Positions 35,485 to 43,454 of a DNA stretch of 64,000 nt are shown here, one piece after another (position 1 is the first letter of the stretch; every line of letters starts with the position of its first letter). The notes below the pieces were generated by a model. It was not told where the DNA came from. It did no database searches and saw nothing but the letters and a program-made list of their open reading frames with translations. This stretch comes from a virus: IMG/VR virus record IMGVR_UViG_3300046674_000395, positions 1 through 64,000 of that record; one strand, written 5' to 3'. The position numbers and the translations under genes are program-made.

Positions 35485-35524
35485 ATCTTGAGACCAAGAT
35501 ATGCTCGCCCAGCTCAGAGGGCAA
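35485..35524 (-). promoter_or_regulatory. Candidate promoter TTGCCC-N17-TATCTT overlapped by the inverted repeat ATCTTG-N4-CAAGAT
   Basis: Read on the minus strand: -35 at 35524-35519, -10 at 35501-35496, inverted repeat at 35485-35500. Confidence 0.3.
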
Positions 35525-35536
35525 GTAGTTCTTCAT

Positions 35537-35863
35537 TTACCAACGTTCGTGCCGGTCTCGCCGCAGATCCTTGACGGCGTATAGGACGAGGTATGCGAGG
35601 AGAGCTGCGATGGCCAAGGGCCAGAGGGGCGCAAAGGCTGCCGTGAGCAGGGCGTGGGACAGCGCGTGTCCGCGGGGCGAGCGTCCGCCGGTGAGCGCCA
35701 TGTTGGCACCCCAGAGGGCCACCCCGATGCCGAGGTAGATGGTGACTCCGAGGCCTGGCAGATCGGAGTTTTGAAGCGCGATCACGATAAAGACTACGGA
35801 GCCGATCAGCCACAGGGTGGCGTAGAGCCGGAACAGGGCCTGGTTCGGCACGGCTTCGCTCAT
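35537..35863 (-). CDS. Integral membrane protein (3-4 TM segments)
   Basis: Hydrophobic segments LFRLYATLWLIGSVVFIVIAL, GVTIYLGIGVALWGANMAL and LLTAAFAPLWPLAIAALLAYLVLY. Confidence 0.6.
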   Translation of the reverse strand: MSEAVPNQALFRLYATLWLIGSVVFIVIALQNSDLPGLGVTIYLGIGVALWGANMALTGGRSPRGHALSHALLTAAFAPLWPLAIAALLAYLVLYAVKDLRRDRHERW

Positions 35864-36579
35864 GCAGCCGCTCCTTCGGTTGCGCCCATCGTCTCAGCCA
35901 TCAAGGCTTCCTGCGCGGACCGGAGTTCCCGCCACTCCCCCAGCGTCTCCCATCGGGCGCCGCATGCCCCGCAGTTGACGCGGTGACTGTCGGCGCGGGC
36001 GGTGAGCGGAGTCCAGCAGAGCTGCTCGTCGACTTTGACGGGACAGTTGCCGATCTTCACCCGGCCGGGGCGCCGTTCATCGTTGACGATGGCCGTGCAT
36101 TCGCCGTGCAGCCGCCACAGTTCGTCGATGTCCTGCCCAATTTCCTCGTAACTGGAGCACGCCCACAGCAGGTTGTTGGCGAGGAACTGGGTGAGCTGCG
36201 GGACGGCCTGCGCCGGGCTGCCGCGCCACGGGGCAACGGTCCAGCCGAGCGCGGACCGCCACGAGTCTTCGATAGCCGACAACCGGGCTGCGACACCGCC
36301 CGGCCCGACGAGCGAGAGGACTTCCAGCCGGGGCGGGATCGGCGGGGTCCTGCTGCCGGACGAGCCGCCGCCCGTCCGTTGAGCGCCGCGCATCAGGGCT
36401 GCAGTCGTGTCCAGACGCCGGAACAGAGCGGGGAGCTCAGCGATCCGGGCGGCGGTGGCGTCCTCACACGGGCGGCAGACCCAACGCCCGGCTTCGTTGG
36501 CCCAAAGCTGACGGTTGCAGCGGGGGGTCACGCAGACCGGCCAAGAGTATTCGTCGAGGGTGGCGGGGTGGTCGTGCAC
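35860..36579 (-). CDS. Hypothetical protein with two zinc-ribbon-like CxxC pairs
   Basis: GTG at 36579 with a GAGGAG RBS. Motifs CVTPRCN...CRPC and CGAC. Confidence 0.55.
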   Translation of the reverse strand: MHDHPATLDEYSWPVCVTPRCNRQLWANEAGRWVCRPCEDATAARIAELPALFRRLDTTAALMRGAQRTGGGSSGSRTPPIPPRLEVLSLVGPGGVAARLSAIEDSWRSALGWTVAPWRGSPAQAVPQLTQFLANNLLWACSSYEEIGQDIDELWRLHGECTAIVNDERRPGRVKIGNCPVKVDEQLCWTPLTARADSHRVNCGACGARWETLGEWRELRSAQEALMAETMGATEGAAA

Positions 36580-36705
36580 GGCAGGCTCCTCGGGTGGTGC
36601 GGGGAAGCGGTGACGCAACAAGCCAATTGTGCACCCGAGGGCTTGACACGGCGGGCCAATGGCATAGCAGAAGCCCACCCGGTGATATCGGGCGGGCTTC
36701 TACGG

Positions 36706-36948
36706 TCACGCTGCTTCTTGCCGCCCGTCGACTGCAACGGCCCGCACACATCGGGGGCATTCGCGGATGGCGCCGCCGGGGTAGCCGCGGGCGAGCCAGC
36801 CGGTTTTCCCGCAGGCGGCTTCGAGCGGGTCTTCGTACCAGCGGTTGTCGACGGGTCGGCGGGTGCGGTGGCTGGTGCGACCGTTGACGAATCGGATGTC
36901 GCGGACCGGGAACTGCTCGGCCATCGTCGGGGCGAGCGGGGCAGTCAT
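36706..36948 (-). CDS. Hypothetical protein
   Basis: The start overlaps the upstream stop. Good coding frame. Confidence 0.45.
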   Translation of the reverse strand: MTAPLAPTMAEQFPVRDIRFVNGRTSHRTRRPVDNRWYEDPLEAACGKTGWLARGYPGGAIRECPRCVRAVAVDGRQEAA

Positions 36949-37313
36949 CAGCAGAACTCGTGGAGCGAGAACTCGTAGCCCTCGGCATCCACGAGGCAGC
37001 GGTTCGCCCACTCCGAATGCGCATCCAGCGCGCATCGGAAGCCGTAGCGCCGCAGCAAGGCTCCATCAGCACCTCGGCGGGCCGCCATCGTCTCGACCAT
37101 CTCTGCCAGCGGGACTTCACGCCCGTACTCGTTCCGGACCGCCACATCGGACTGCTCCAGGAAGGCCGCCCACGCCGAACGGCTCGTCAGTCCCAGGTCG
37201 CCGTGAGCGCGACCGAGGAAGACCCAGCCTGCTGCGGTCTTACCGATGTGCAGGCCTTCGCCGTCGCGCTCGCCGCCAGGGAATGGGCCGAACGCGTAGT
37301 AGTTGGTGGACAC
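36948..37313 (-). CDS. Hypothetical protein
   Basis: Protein-like sequence MSTNYYAFGPFPGGERDGEGLHIGK. Confidence 0.55.
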   Translation of the reverse strand: MSTNYYAFGPFPGGERDGEGLHIGKTAAGWVFLGRAHGDLGLTSRSAWAAFLEQSDVAVRNEYGREVPLAEMVETMAARRGADGALLRRYGFRCALDAHSEWANRCLVDAEGYEFSLHEFC

Positions 37314-37322
37314 GAGGTTCTC

Positions 37323-37598
37323 CTATCGGCTGAGGCCGGGCAGGTCGCCCCATCCGGCGATCAGTCCTGGGTTGTGGGCGGCAAGCACCTTGTTGGCGGC
37401 GCAGAGCTGGGCTTGAAGCCGCAGCGTGGGTTCGGTGCGGACCTGGGCGGGGAGGGCGGCGAGCGTGCGCCCGGTCAGGAGTCGGCCGCACAGTCCGGCC
37501 TCGGCGACCGCCTCCCGGACGACGGCGGGGAGTTGGCGGCCGGCGAGGGCGGCGACCGCGTCCGGGACGGGGACCATGGACGCCGGGCGGACAATCAC
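37323..37598 (-). CDS. Hypothetical protein
   Basis: Coding frame, coupled to the upstream gene. Confidence 0.45.
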   Translation of the reverse strand: MIVRPASMVPVPDAVAALAGRQLPAVVREAVAEAGLCGRLLTGRTLAALPAQVRTEPTLRLQAQLCAANKVLAAHNPGLIAGWGDLPGLSR

Positions 37599-37813
37599 GG
37601 CTGTCCTGCCGGGTTGCGGGCGAGGAGCCAGTTCTCGTCGCCACGGCTGCGGTATCGCTCGGCCAGGTCGGAGCGTCCGGCACGGTCGGCTTTCTCGGCT
37701 TCGGCGTCCCAGTGCTTCACGGCGTCCAGGTGTGCGGTGGCGAGCAGTTGGGCGGTGGTGGCGGGCTCAGGCTTCAGCGACGTGGAGTTGCTGTTGCGGG
37801 TCGAGCTGGTCAA
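37595..37813 (-). CDS. Hypothetical protein; first gene of a minus-strand operon at a divergent junction
   Basis: Coding frame, with an upstream non-coding palindromic region. Confidence 0.5.
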   Translation of the reverse strand: MTSSTRNSNSTSLKPEPATTAQLLATAHLDAVKHWDAEAEKADRAGRSDLAERYRSRGDENWLLARNPAGQP

Positions 37814-37854
37814 CGGGTCCCCCTTAGCGCAGTAATTCAGTCCGCCATAGCAAT

Positions 37855-37920
37855 CAACTAGCGATCACTAGTTGCGGTTCCTATGCCTCAGACCGTACTC
37901 CTGAGGCATAGGCACCGCAA
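37855..37920. promoter_or_regulatory. Divergent control region with two palindromes
   Basis: CAACTAG-N6-CTAGTTG (37855-37874). A 49-nt near-perfect palindrome TTGCGGTtCCTATGCCTCAG-N9-CTGAGGCATAGGcACCGCAA (37872-37920). Confidence 0.55.
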
Positions 37921-37943
37921 CCCTGTTGCGATACATTGACTCC

Positions 37944-38234
37944 ATGAATCCGACCGCGCCCACAGGGCCGCCATCCCTGGAGGACATCGCCGCAGCTGGC
38001 ACCCGCCGGCAGCGCGACGCCGACCGCCTCAAGAAGTCCGGCGACGAGCTGAAGGAACTCGTCCTCGCCGCGCTCCGCGAAGGGGTCCACCGCCCCACCG
38101 AAGTCGCCAAGGCCTCAGGCTGGACCGGCGCTCACGTGCGGAAGATGGCGCGGGATGCAGGCATCGAGCCTGACGAGCGCTACCGAGAGAGGGCCGAGCG
38201 ACTCAAGAAAGCGCAGGCCGGGGAGTCCGAGTGA
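37944..38234 (+). CDS. Small HTH-like regulator candidate (paralog of 61243-61452)
   Basis: ATG at 37944 is preferred over the track's TTG at 37926. PTEVAKASGWTGAHVRKMARDAG is HTH-like. Confidence 0.55.
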   Translation: MNPTAPTGPPSLEDIAAAGTRRQRDADRLKKSGDELKELVLAALREGVHRPTEVAKASGWTGAHVRKMARDAGIEPDERYRERAERLKKAQAGESE

Positions 38235-38545
38235 CCCCGAACCAGGCCGCCATGGTCGACTTCCTGCGCGACCGATACGCCGAGAAGCTCGACCTCGCCC
38301 AGTCGATGGCCAGAGCCTTCGCTTTGGGCTTGGGCCAGGACCAGGGGCTAAAGCCGGCGGACGCCGCAGACCAGGCCCGCATCGGCATCCACGCCGCCGA
38401 GTCCCGCACCCGCTTCCTCGACGAGACGGTCATCCCCTACCTGGGTACGGCCGGCCCGACGGGCAGGATCGCCGACATGCAGCTGCGGCTCCTCGCCGAC
38501 GAGCACCAGGGCGCGCGCGGGTACGACGAGGCGTGGCGCCCGTAG
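38231..38545 (+). CDS. DUF6221-like protein
   Basis: N-terminus MVDFLRDRYAEKLDLAQ and C-terminus LRLLADEHQGARGYDEAWRP match the DUF6221 pattern as I remember it. Confidence 0.5.
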   Translation: MTPNQAAMVDFLRDRYAEKLDLAQSMARAFALGLGQDQGLKPADAADQARIGIHAAESRTRFLDETVIPYLGTAGPTGRIADMQLRLLADEHQGARGYDEAWRP

Positions 38546-38598
38546 CCGCTTCCCGGATTCCGACCCGTCTCCCCCTCCGCCGCGGGCAGACTGCGGGT

Positions 38599-38793
38599 AT
38601 GGCGATCCGGGTGGGTGTGCAGGCGGACAGTCAGGACGAGTGCGCGGAAGGGTTGGCGCAGCTGGTGGACGCCGGGTATCTGCCGGTGATGCTGCCGACG
38701 CTCCTCACCGACAACCGGTGGCTGGCCCGCGCCGTCCCCGCACCAACGACGAAGGCCCCGTCCGAACCCGGACGGGGCCTCGCTGCGCAGTGA
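38599..38793 (+). CDS. Possible 64-aa ORF
   Basis: GC3 is acceptable, but a strong hairpin (38753-38780) lies inside its 3' end. Confidence 0.25.
   Translation: MAIRVGVQADSQDECAEGLAQLVDAGYLPVMLPTLLTDNRWLARAVPAPTTKAPSEPGRGLAAQ
38753..38780. terminator. Bidirectional stem-loop at a convergent junction
   Basis: 11-bp stem AGGCCCCGTCC / GGACGGGGCCT with a 6-nt loop. Confidence 0.5.
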
Positions 38794-38799
38794 ACCGTC

Positions 38800-39153
38800 T
38801 CAGTCGAGGCTGCCGTTGATCGACCCGTCGTCGTAGTAGTCGAGCGTGTCCTGGTCCGTCTTCGACATCCCGTACTTCAGGACCGCGCCCACGACCAGCG
38901 CGTCGTAGTCGTCCTGCTTCACCTCGTCACAGGCATCCGGCCTACCGGACCCGCCAGCTTTCGTCTGCACGGCGAGCGCCTTCTCGCAGTCGGCGACGGT
39001 GTCGTCGTAGGACCGGCCGTTCGTCCACAGCACGGTGGTGATGATGGCGAGGGCGGCGACGAGGGCGCCGACGATGATCCAGGCGGTGCGTCTCTTCGCT
39101 GCGGGCTGTGGCGCGTAGCCGGGCATGGGCGGTGTGACGGGCTGGTGATCCAT
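38800..39153 (-). CDS. Membrane-anchored extracytoplasmic protein
   Basis: ATG at 39153. Pro-rich N-terminus, one TM segment (WIIVGALVAALAIITTVLW), then a Cys-containing ectodomain. Confidence 0.6.
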   Translation of the reverse strand: MDHQPVTPPMPGYAPQPAAKRRTAWIIVGALVAALAIITTVLWTNGRSYDDTVADCEKALAVQTKAGGSGRPDACDEVKQDDYDALVVGAVLKYGMSKTDQDTLDYYDDGSINGSLD

Positions 39154-39200
39154 GGTCCCCCCAAGGACGGTGCGGAGTCGGGATGCTCGTTTGGCACTGG

Positions 39201-39674
39201 TCAGCACTTCTCCATGAAGAAGTACTTCGCCATGGCTTTGGTATCGATCGACGGATCGTCCATCATCGCGTCCAGCATGATGCCGATCGCCTCCGACCCT
39301 TCGTCTCTCAGCAGACCGCACGTGTCCGCCTGAGCGTCCGCGTCGAGGCCGTCCCACGCATCGTCATAGATCGCCTCGTCGGCTGCGTCGGCGAGGATCT
39401 CGTCCTTGTGCTCGGCGAGGACTTCACCGACGAGTTGCACGTACTCGTCGTGGGTCAAGTCGACGCATCGCGGTTCGCCGGAGATGTCGCTGGCCGCGTC
39501 GGCTTCGAGGTTCAGCTCCAGCAGGTCCTTGCAGTCCTCGGCCGTGTAACCAGTGTCGGTCGGCGTTGGCGCTGTGCTGGCTTTCGCATCGGTCGTTCCG
39601 CCGGCCGAGCAGCCGACAGTGCCTCCTCCGGCAAGCAAGACAGCTGCGAGTAGGACGGTGACGGCGCGGTTCAT
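39201..39674 (-). CDS. Secreted acidic lipoprotein
   Basis: MNRAVTVLLAAVLLAGGGTVGC lipobox. Four further Cys residues and very acidic composition. Confidence 0.7.
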   Translation of the reverse strand: MNRAVTVLLAAVLLAGGGTVGCSAGGTTDAKASTAPTPTDTGYTAEDCKDLLELNLEADAASDISGEPRCVDLTHDEYVQLVGEVLAEHKDEILADAADEAIYDDAWDGLDADAQADTCGLLRDEGSEAIGIMLDAMMDDPSIDTKAMAKYFFMEKC

Positions 39675-39778
39675 GATTCCCCCTGGTTGTGCAGTGTCGG
39701 GATGCTAGCGGCGGGCGGGCAGGTTACGGACGGGTCTGGGTGAGGTTCACCGGTTCGAGACCGGCGCTCCGCCTGGCC

Positions 39779-40294
39779 CTACAGGCCGCGGTTGTGGGCG
39801 AGTTCGGCGGCCCTGCCGAACTGGAGCAGGACGGGGGCAGCGCTGGTCTGGCCGGCGTTCCAGGAGGGGATCGTTCCTGCGGTCGGGAAGTCCTGCTGGA
39901 TGGCTTCGAGCAGGAGGATGCACGCGTCATCGGCGAGGCGACGATCCCCGTGGGCTTCGAGGCGGATCGCTCGGATCGGGCAGACCGCTCCGGCCTCGTC
40001 GAAGATGGCGTCGCGGCACCATCCGTCGACCGCGATCCGCTGCTGGGCCCGCCGGAGCAGGCCGGCGATCGGGCTGCTGTACGGGCTGGGCGCCAGGGTC
40101 GGGGTGAGCTGGAACGGCGCGGCGATCTCGGCCGGCGCGTCGACGGCGATGTGGGCGCTGTTGATGTCGACGGCGAGTACGGCGGTTCGGCAACGCCCGT
40201 CCATCTCGGCGAGGCGGAGCGCCATGCGGGCGTCGAGGTCGAGCACGGGGGTCGCGGTGGGTGGACTTGCCAGGGTGGGGGTGTGCGTGGTCAT
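39779..40294 (-). CDS. DUF6197-like protein (a family frequent on Streptomyces plasmids/AICEs)
   Basis: ATG at 40294. The motif IAGLLRRAQQRIAVDGWCRDAIFDEAGAVCPIRAI resembles DUF6197. Confidence 0.45.
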   Translation of the reverse strand: MTTHTPTLASPPTATPVLDLDARMALRLAEMDGRCRTAVLAVDINSAHIAVDAPAEIAAPFQLTPTLAPSPYSSPIAGLLRRAQQRIAVDGWCRDAIFDEAGAVCPIRAIRLEAHGDRRLADDACILLLEAIQQDFPTAGTIPSWNAGQTSAAPVLLQFGRAAELAHNRGL

Positions 40295-40383
40295 CTCCTG
40301 TTGCCTGTCTGCGCGTTCGCGCGTGGTGGGTGGATGGGGCGCCCCTGGTGGCTTCCAGGCGTTCGAGGGGCGCCCCGGCTGAG

Positions 40384-40578
40384 CTACTTGCCGCCGAGCG
40401 GCGTGGAGGCGTTGGCCCACGAAAGCTCGGACAGTTCGCCCTTGGGGCCGGTGCCGCGCTTGTTCCGCTCGCTGATCTCGTGAGCGATCCGTTCTGCCTC
40501 GGCAGCGTCGCCGCGCTGCATGGCGGCGACGAACTCGCGGACGGACTGGTGCTTGTACTCGACGCCCATGGCCGTCAC
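40384..40578 (-). CDS. Small protein, tandem paralog B
   Basis: Shares HQSV(R/H)(E/D)(F/Y)(V/I)AA...GD....(E/D)RI..E with the upstream gene. Confidence 0.55.
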   Translation of the reverse strand: MTAMGVEYKHQSVREFVAAMQRGDAAEAERIAHEISERNKRGTGPKGELSELSWANASTPLGGK

Positions 40579-40766
40579 GCTCCTTCGCCGAAGGTGACGT
40601 GCATCGATGCGTGGCCGAGCTGAGCCATCTCGCTGCCGTCGGTGGTGCGGGTGTTGAAGCGGGTGGTGGCCTCGCGGAGGATCCGGTCGGTGGTGGCGCG
40701 GTCGCCGCGCTTCTTCGCGGCGATGTAGTCGTGCACGGACTGGTGGGTGATCTTCAGGTCGGACAT
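40575..40766 (-). CDS. Small protein, tandem paralog A
   Basis: ATGA overlap with paralog B and the shared N-terminal motif. Confidence 0.55.
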   Translation of the reverse strand: MSDLKITHQSVHDYIAAKKRGDRATTDRILREATTRFNTRTTDGSEMAQLGHASMHVTFGEGA

Positions 40767-40808
40767 GCGATCTCCTGGTTCGAGGGGCTGCTGGTCGGTT
40801 GCGCTGAG

Positions 40809-41168
40809 CTATCGGCGACTGCCGGCCTTAGCGCGGTCGCCGCGGCGGAGCCGGTCGAGTGCCTGCTGCGAGGTGGGGGCGGCGTACTGGCGGCCGGGGG
40901 TGGCGATGTCGCGCATCCCGGCGGGCGGCTGCTCGTAGACGGTGCCGCTCTGGCCGAGGAGTCCGGAGGCGGACAGGTGGCCGGTCATCCACTCGCCGGT
41001 GAGCCGGGACTGCCGGTCGAAGGTGTGGGCGCTGTAGGTCTGGTCGTCTTCGTAGGGGGCGAGGTTGGTCGCCATGTTGTTGATCGTGTAGACGGTCTTG
41101 CCTTTGCTGAGCCAGCGGTTGAGGTCTTTGGCGCCCCTGCGGGTGGGCTGCCAGCTGCGTCCGGCCAT
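40809..41168 (-). CDS. Hypothetical protein
   Basis: Coding frame. First gene after the clt-like region. Confidence 0.5.
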   Translation of the reverse strand: MAGRSWQPTRRGAKDLNRWLSKGKTVYTINNMATNLAPYEDDQTYSAHTFDRQSRLTGEWMTGHLSASGLLGQSGTVYEQPPAGMRDIATPGRQYAAPTSQQALDRLRRGDRAKAGSRR

Positions 41169-41234
41169 GAGTGATCTCCTGCTTCCGTCGTCTTGGGTTT
41201 GCCCTGGTTTGGGCGGTTGGATGGATGGTCGACG

Positions 41235-41381
41235 CCCGGTCGGCGCCTAGTTTGCGGTGGTATGAGACCCGGTCGAGGATGCGGCACCCCGGTCGCCGGG
41301 CCGCCGCGATCCGTAGTGCGACCGGGTTACATACCGGCCCATAGCGGGCCGGTACCACCCTCCGACCAGGCGGCGACCGGG
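41235..41381. repeat. clt-like cluster of the 8-mer CCCGGTCG/CGACCGGG plus a 9-bp palindrome
   Basis: Direct copies at 41235, 41268 and 41288. Inverted copies at 41319 and 41374, plus a near copy at 41363. TACCGGCCC-N5-GGGCCGGTA at about 41332-41354. All lie in the 222-bp non-coding gap just 3' of the translocase gene. Confidence 0.55.
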
Positions 41382-41390
41382 TTGTCTGTC

Positions 41391-43454
41391 CTACTTGGCG
41401 GCAGCTTCGGCGAGCTGCTCGCGGGTGTAGCCGTTCGGGTTGGCCAGCCCGTCGAGCGGGCCGAGCTTGCGGGTGCCGCCGGCACCGGCGTCGCGAAGGC
41501 GGGCCTGCAACTCGGGCTCGGTCACGCCCTGGTAGCGGTCGGGCCGGTAGGCGATCAGCAGTTCCAGGAGCCGCTTGGTGCGGGCCCGGTCGACTCCGTT
41601 GGCGTCGAGAACCGTGAGGGCGTCGGCCAGCAGCTCCTTGTGCACCGACGCCGGTTCCGTCTTGCCGTACTCGGCGGCGAACCCCGTCAGAGTCCCGGCT
41701 TCGATGCGCAGTTGGCGGCCACGCAGGCAGATGTCTCGGAACTCGGGGATCGTCATGAAGTCGGTCTTCAGGGTGACGTGCCCCTCCTCGCCGCCCTGGT
41801 CGAGTACGACGACGCCCTTCTGCGAGTCGAGGAGCATGTGGGGTGCGGCTCCGGCGGCGACGGCGTCGTCGCCGAGGACCATCCGGGAGCTGGCTGCGCC
41901 CTTGACTCGGAAGCAGGCGGTCTTGCGGCACACGTTGCGCAGCATGGTCGGCACGCTGCTCGCGTCCGGGCGCTGGGTGATGAAGAGGCCCATGCCGCCT
42001 GCGTAACGGCTGACGCGGACGAACCGGGCCATGGTCTCGACGAGGACTTCCTTGCCGTTGCGGCCCTTGTCCCTGCTCTCGGAATCGTCATCCGTCTTGA
42101 TCTTCATCATGGCGGCGGCGTCCAGGAGTTCCTGCAGCTCGTCGACGATCAGCAGGGTCAGGCCGCGCTTCCACAGCTTCGCCAGTTCGGGGGTGAGCTT
42201 GCCCTCCGGGCACTGCTCCGGGTGCTCCTCGGACAGCTGCTCCAGCTTCTCGCCGATCTCCTGCATGTCGGCGATCAGCTCGTTCAGCAGGTCCAGGAAG
42301 GCGAGGATCTTCGCAGGAGTGTTGCCAGCCACGTAGGACTGGGCGAACTGCTTGGTCGCCGCCCAGTCCGGGCCGGCCTTCCCGGTGGCCACGTGGACGG
42401 TCATGTACGGGTCGAGGGCGGCGGTCGCGGCGACGAGGCGGGCCAGGAACGACTTGCCGTAGTCGGGCAGGCCGCCCAGCAGCAGGGAGCACCACACCAG
42501 TTCCAGGACGTGCCGGGTTCCACGGGGGTCAGTACCCAGAGGGACGCCGCCCTGCCAGAAGTCCCACTGCTCCAGGGTGAGCAGCGGCGAGGGCACCTTC
42601 TTGGAGCCGTAGGGGTTGGCCTCGTTGGCCACCCACAGCACGAACCGTCCCTCGTGCCCTTCCTCGGAGGAGTCGGCGTGCATCTCGACCTGGGACTTCT
42701 TCACCTTCAGCGCCGAGGCCAGCTCTTCGGCCTTGGAGATGGCGGACGACGCCTTCATCCCACCGGGCAGTTCCGCGGTGGCGGTCCAGCCGGGGCCAGC
42801 GGGCCGGATGATGCCGACCAGGTGGGTCTCGTCGCGCTGTGCCTCGCTGATGATCCCAGCCTTGACGAGCGCGGTGATCAGGTCGGCCTCGCCGCGGATC
42901 TGGGCTGCGTCCCGCGGGGCCGTGCCGAACAAGTCGCTGCCCCCGCCGGCTCCTGCGATACCGGCCCGGTGGCGGCCGTGGAAGGCGCCGAGACCCCAGG
43001 TGCCGAGAACGGCGAGAGCGTCCACCCACAGGCTGCCGGTAACGACTCCGAAGCCGACTCCCCCGGTGACCGCTCCAGCCACCCCGGCGGTCTTGCCCGT
43101 GTAGGCGAGGCGGTGCCGCTTGTACTCGTCGCGAAGGTCGGCGCGCCGCTTCTTGGCCGCGCCCTCCGCATGCATGTCGCCTGCCGCATCACGGACGGCC
43201 TCGCCCGCTGTTGCGATCAGCTGCGGGTAGTCGTCGCGGTAGCGGTCGACCCAGCGGCGGCCGAGCTGCCGGTAGCCGCGGGCGGTGTGCGGCAGCAGGG
43301 CGAGCTGGGCGATGCGGTTGGTGCGCTCAGCAATCGTCCGCACCGACGGGGCCGGCTTGCGGTCGGCCGCCTCGTCCTTGAAGACGGGCGCCTCGGGAAC
43401 GTCTTGGACGAGGGTCAGCAGGACACGCTCGTCGGTCAGCGGGGTGGCCATCAT
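41391..43454 (-). CDS. traB: FtsK/SpoIIIE-family dsDNA translocase, TraB/TraSA-like
   Basis: Two N-terminal TM segments. Walker A LLGGLPDYGKS, Walker B LTLLIVDELQ, and a C-terminal winged-helix-like tail. The start ATGATG at 43454 overlaps the upstream stop. Confidence 0.8.
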   Translation of the reverse strand: MMATPLTDERVLLTLVQDVPEAPVFKDEAADRKPAPSVRTIAERTNRIAQLALLPHTARGYRQLGRRWVDRYRDDYPQLIATAGEAVRDAAGDMHAEGAAKKRRADLRDEYKRHRLAYTGKTAGVAGAVTGGVGFGVVTGSLWVDALAVLGTWGLGAFHGRHRAGIAGAGGGSDLFGTAPRDAAQIRGEADLITALVKAGIISEAQRDETHLVGIIRPAGPGWTATAELPGGMKASSAISKAEELASALKVKKSQVEMHADSSEEGHEGRFVLWVANEANPYGSKKVPSPLLTLEQWDFWQGGVPLGTDPRGTRHVLELVWCSLLLGGLPDYGKSFLARLVAATAALDPYMTVHVATGKAGPDWAATKQFAQSYVAGNTPAKILAFLDLLNELIADMQEIGEKLEQLSEEHPEQCPEGKLTPELAKLWKRGLTLLIVDELQELLDAAAMMKIKTDDDSESRDKGRNGKEVLVETMARFVRVSRYAGGMGLFITQRPDASSVPTMLRNVCRKTACFRVKGAASSRMVLGDDAVAAGAAPHMLLDSQKGVVVLDQGGEEGHVTLKTDFMTIPEFRDICLRGRQLRIEAGTLTGFAAEYGKTEPASVHKELLADALTVLDANGVDRARTKRLLELLIAYRPDRYQGVTEPELQARLRDAGAGGTRKLGPLDGLANPNGYTREQLAEAAAK

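Noticed and set aside
35485-35500. A link between the ATCTTG-N4-CAAGAT inverted repeat and the GATCTTG repeats at 24.2 kb as sites for one regulator
   Set aside because: The hexamer is short. GATCTTG also appears repeatedly in coding DNA (for example near 2630, 9341, 13671, 47771, 58691 and 60001) as the complement of AAG-ATC codons. The shared core could be coincidence.
38155-38793. 212-aa ORF downstream of the DUF6221-like gene
   Set aside because: It overlaps the DUF6221-like gene out of frame and is Arg/Pro/Gly-rich. Only its last 64 codons (38599-38793) are retained as a low-confidence ORF, and even that contains a terminator-like hairpin.
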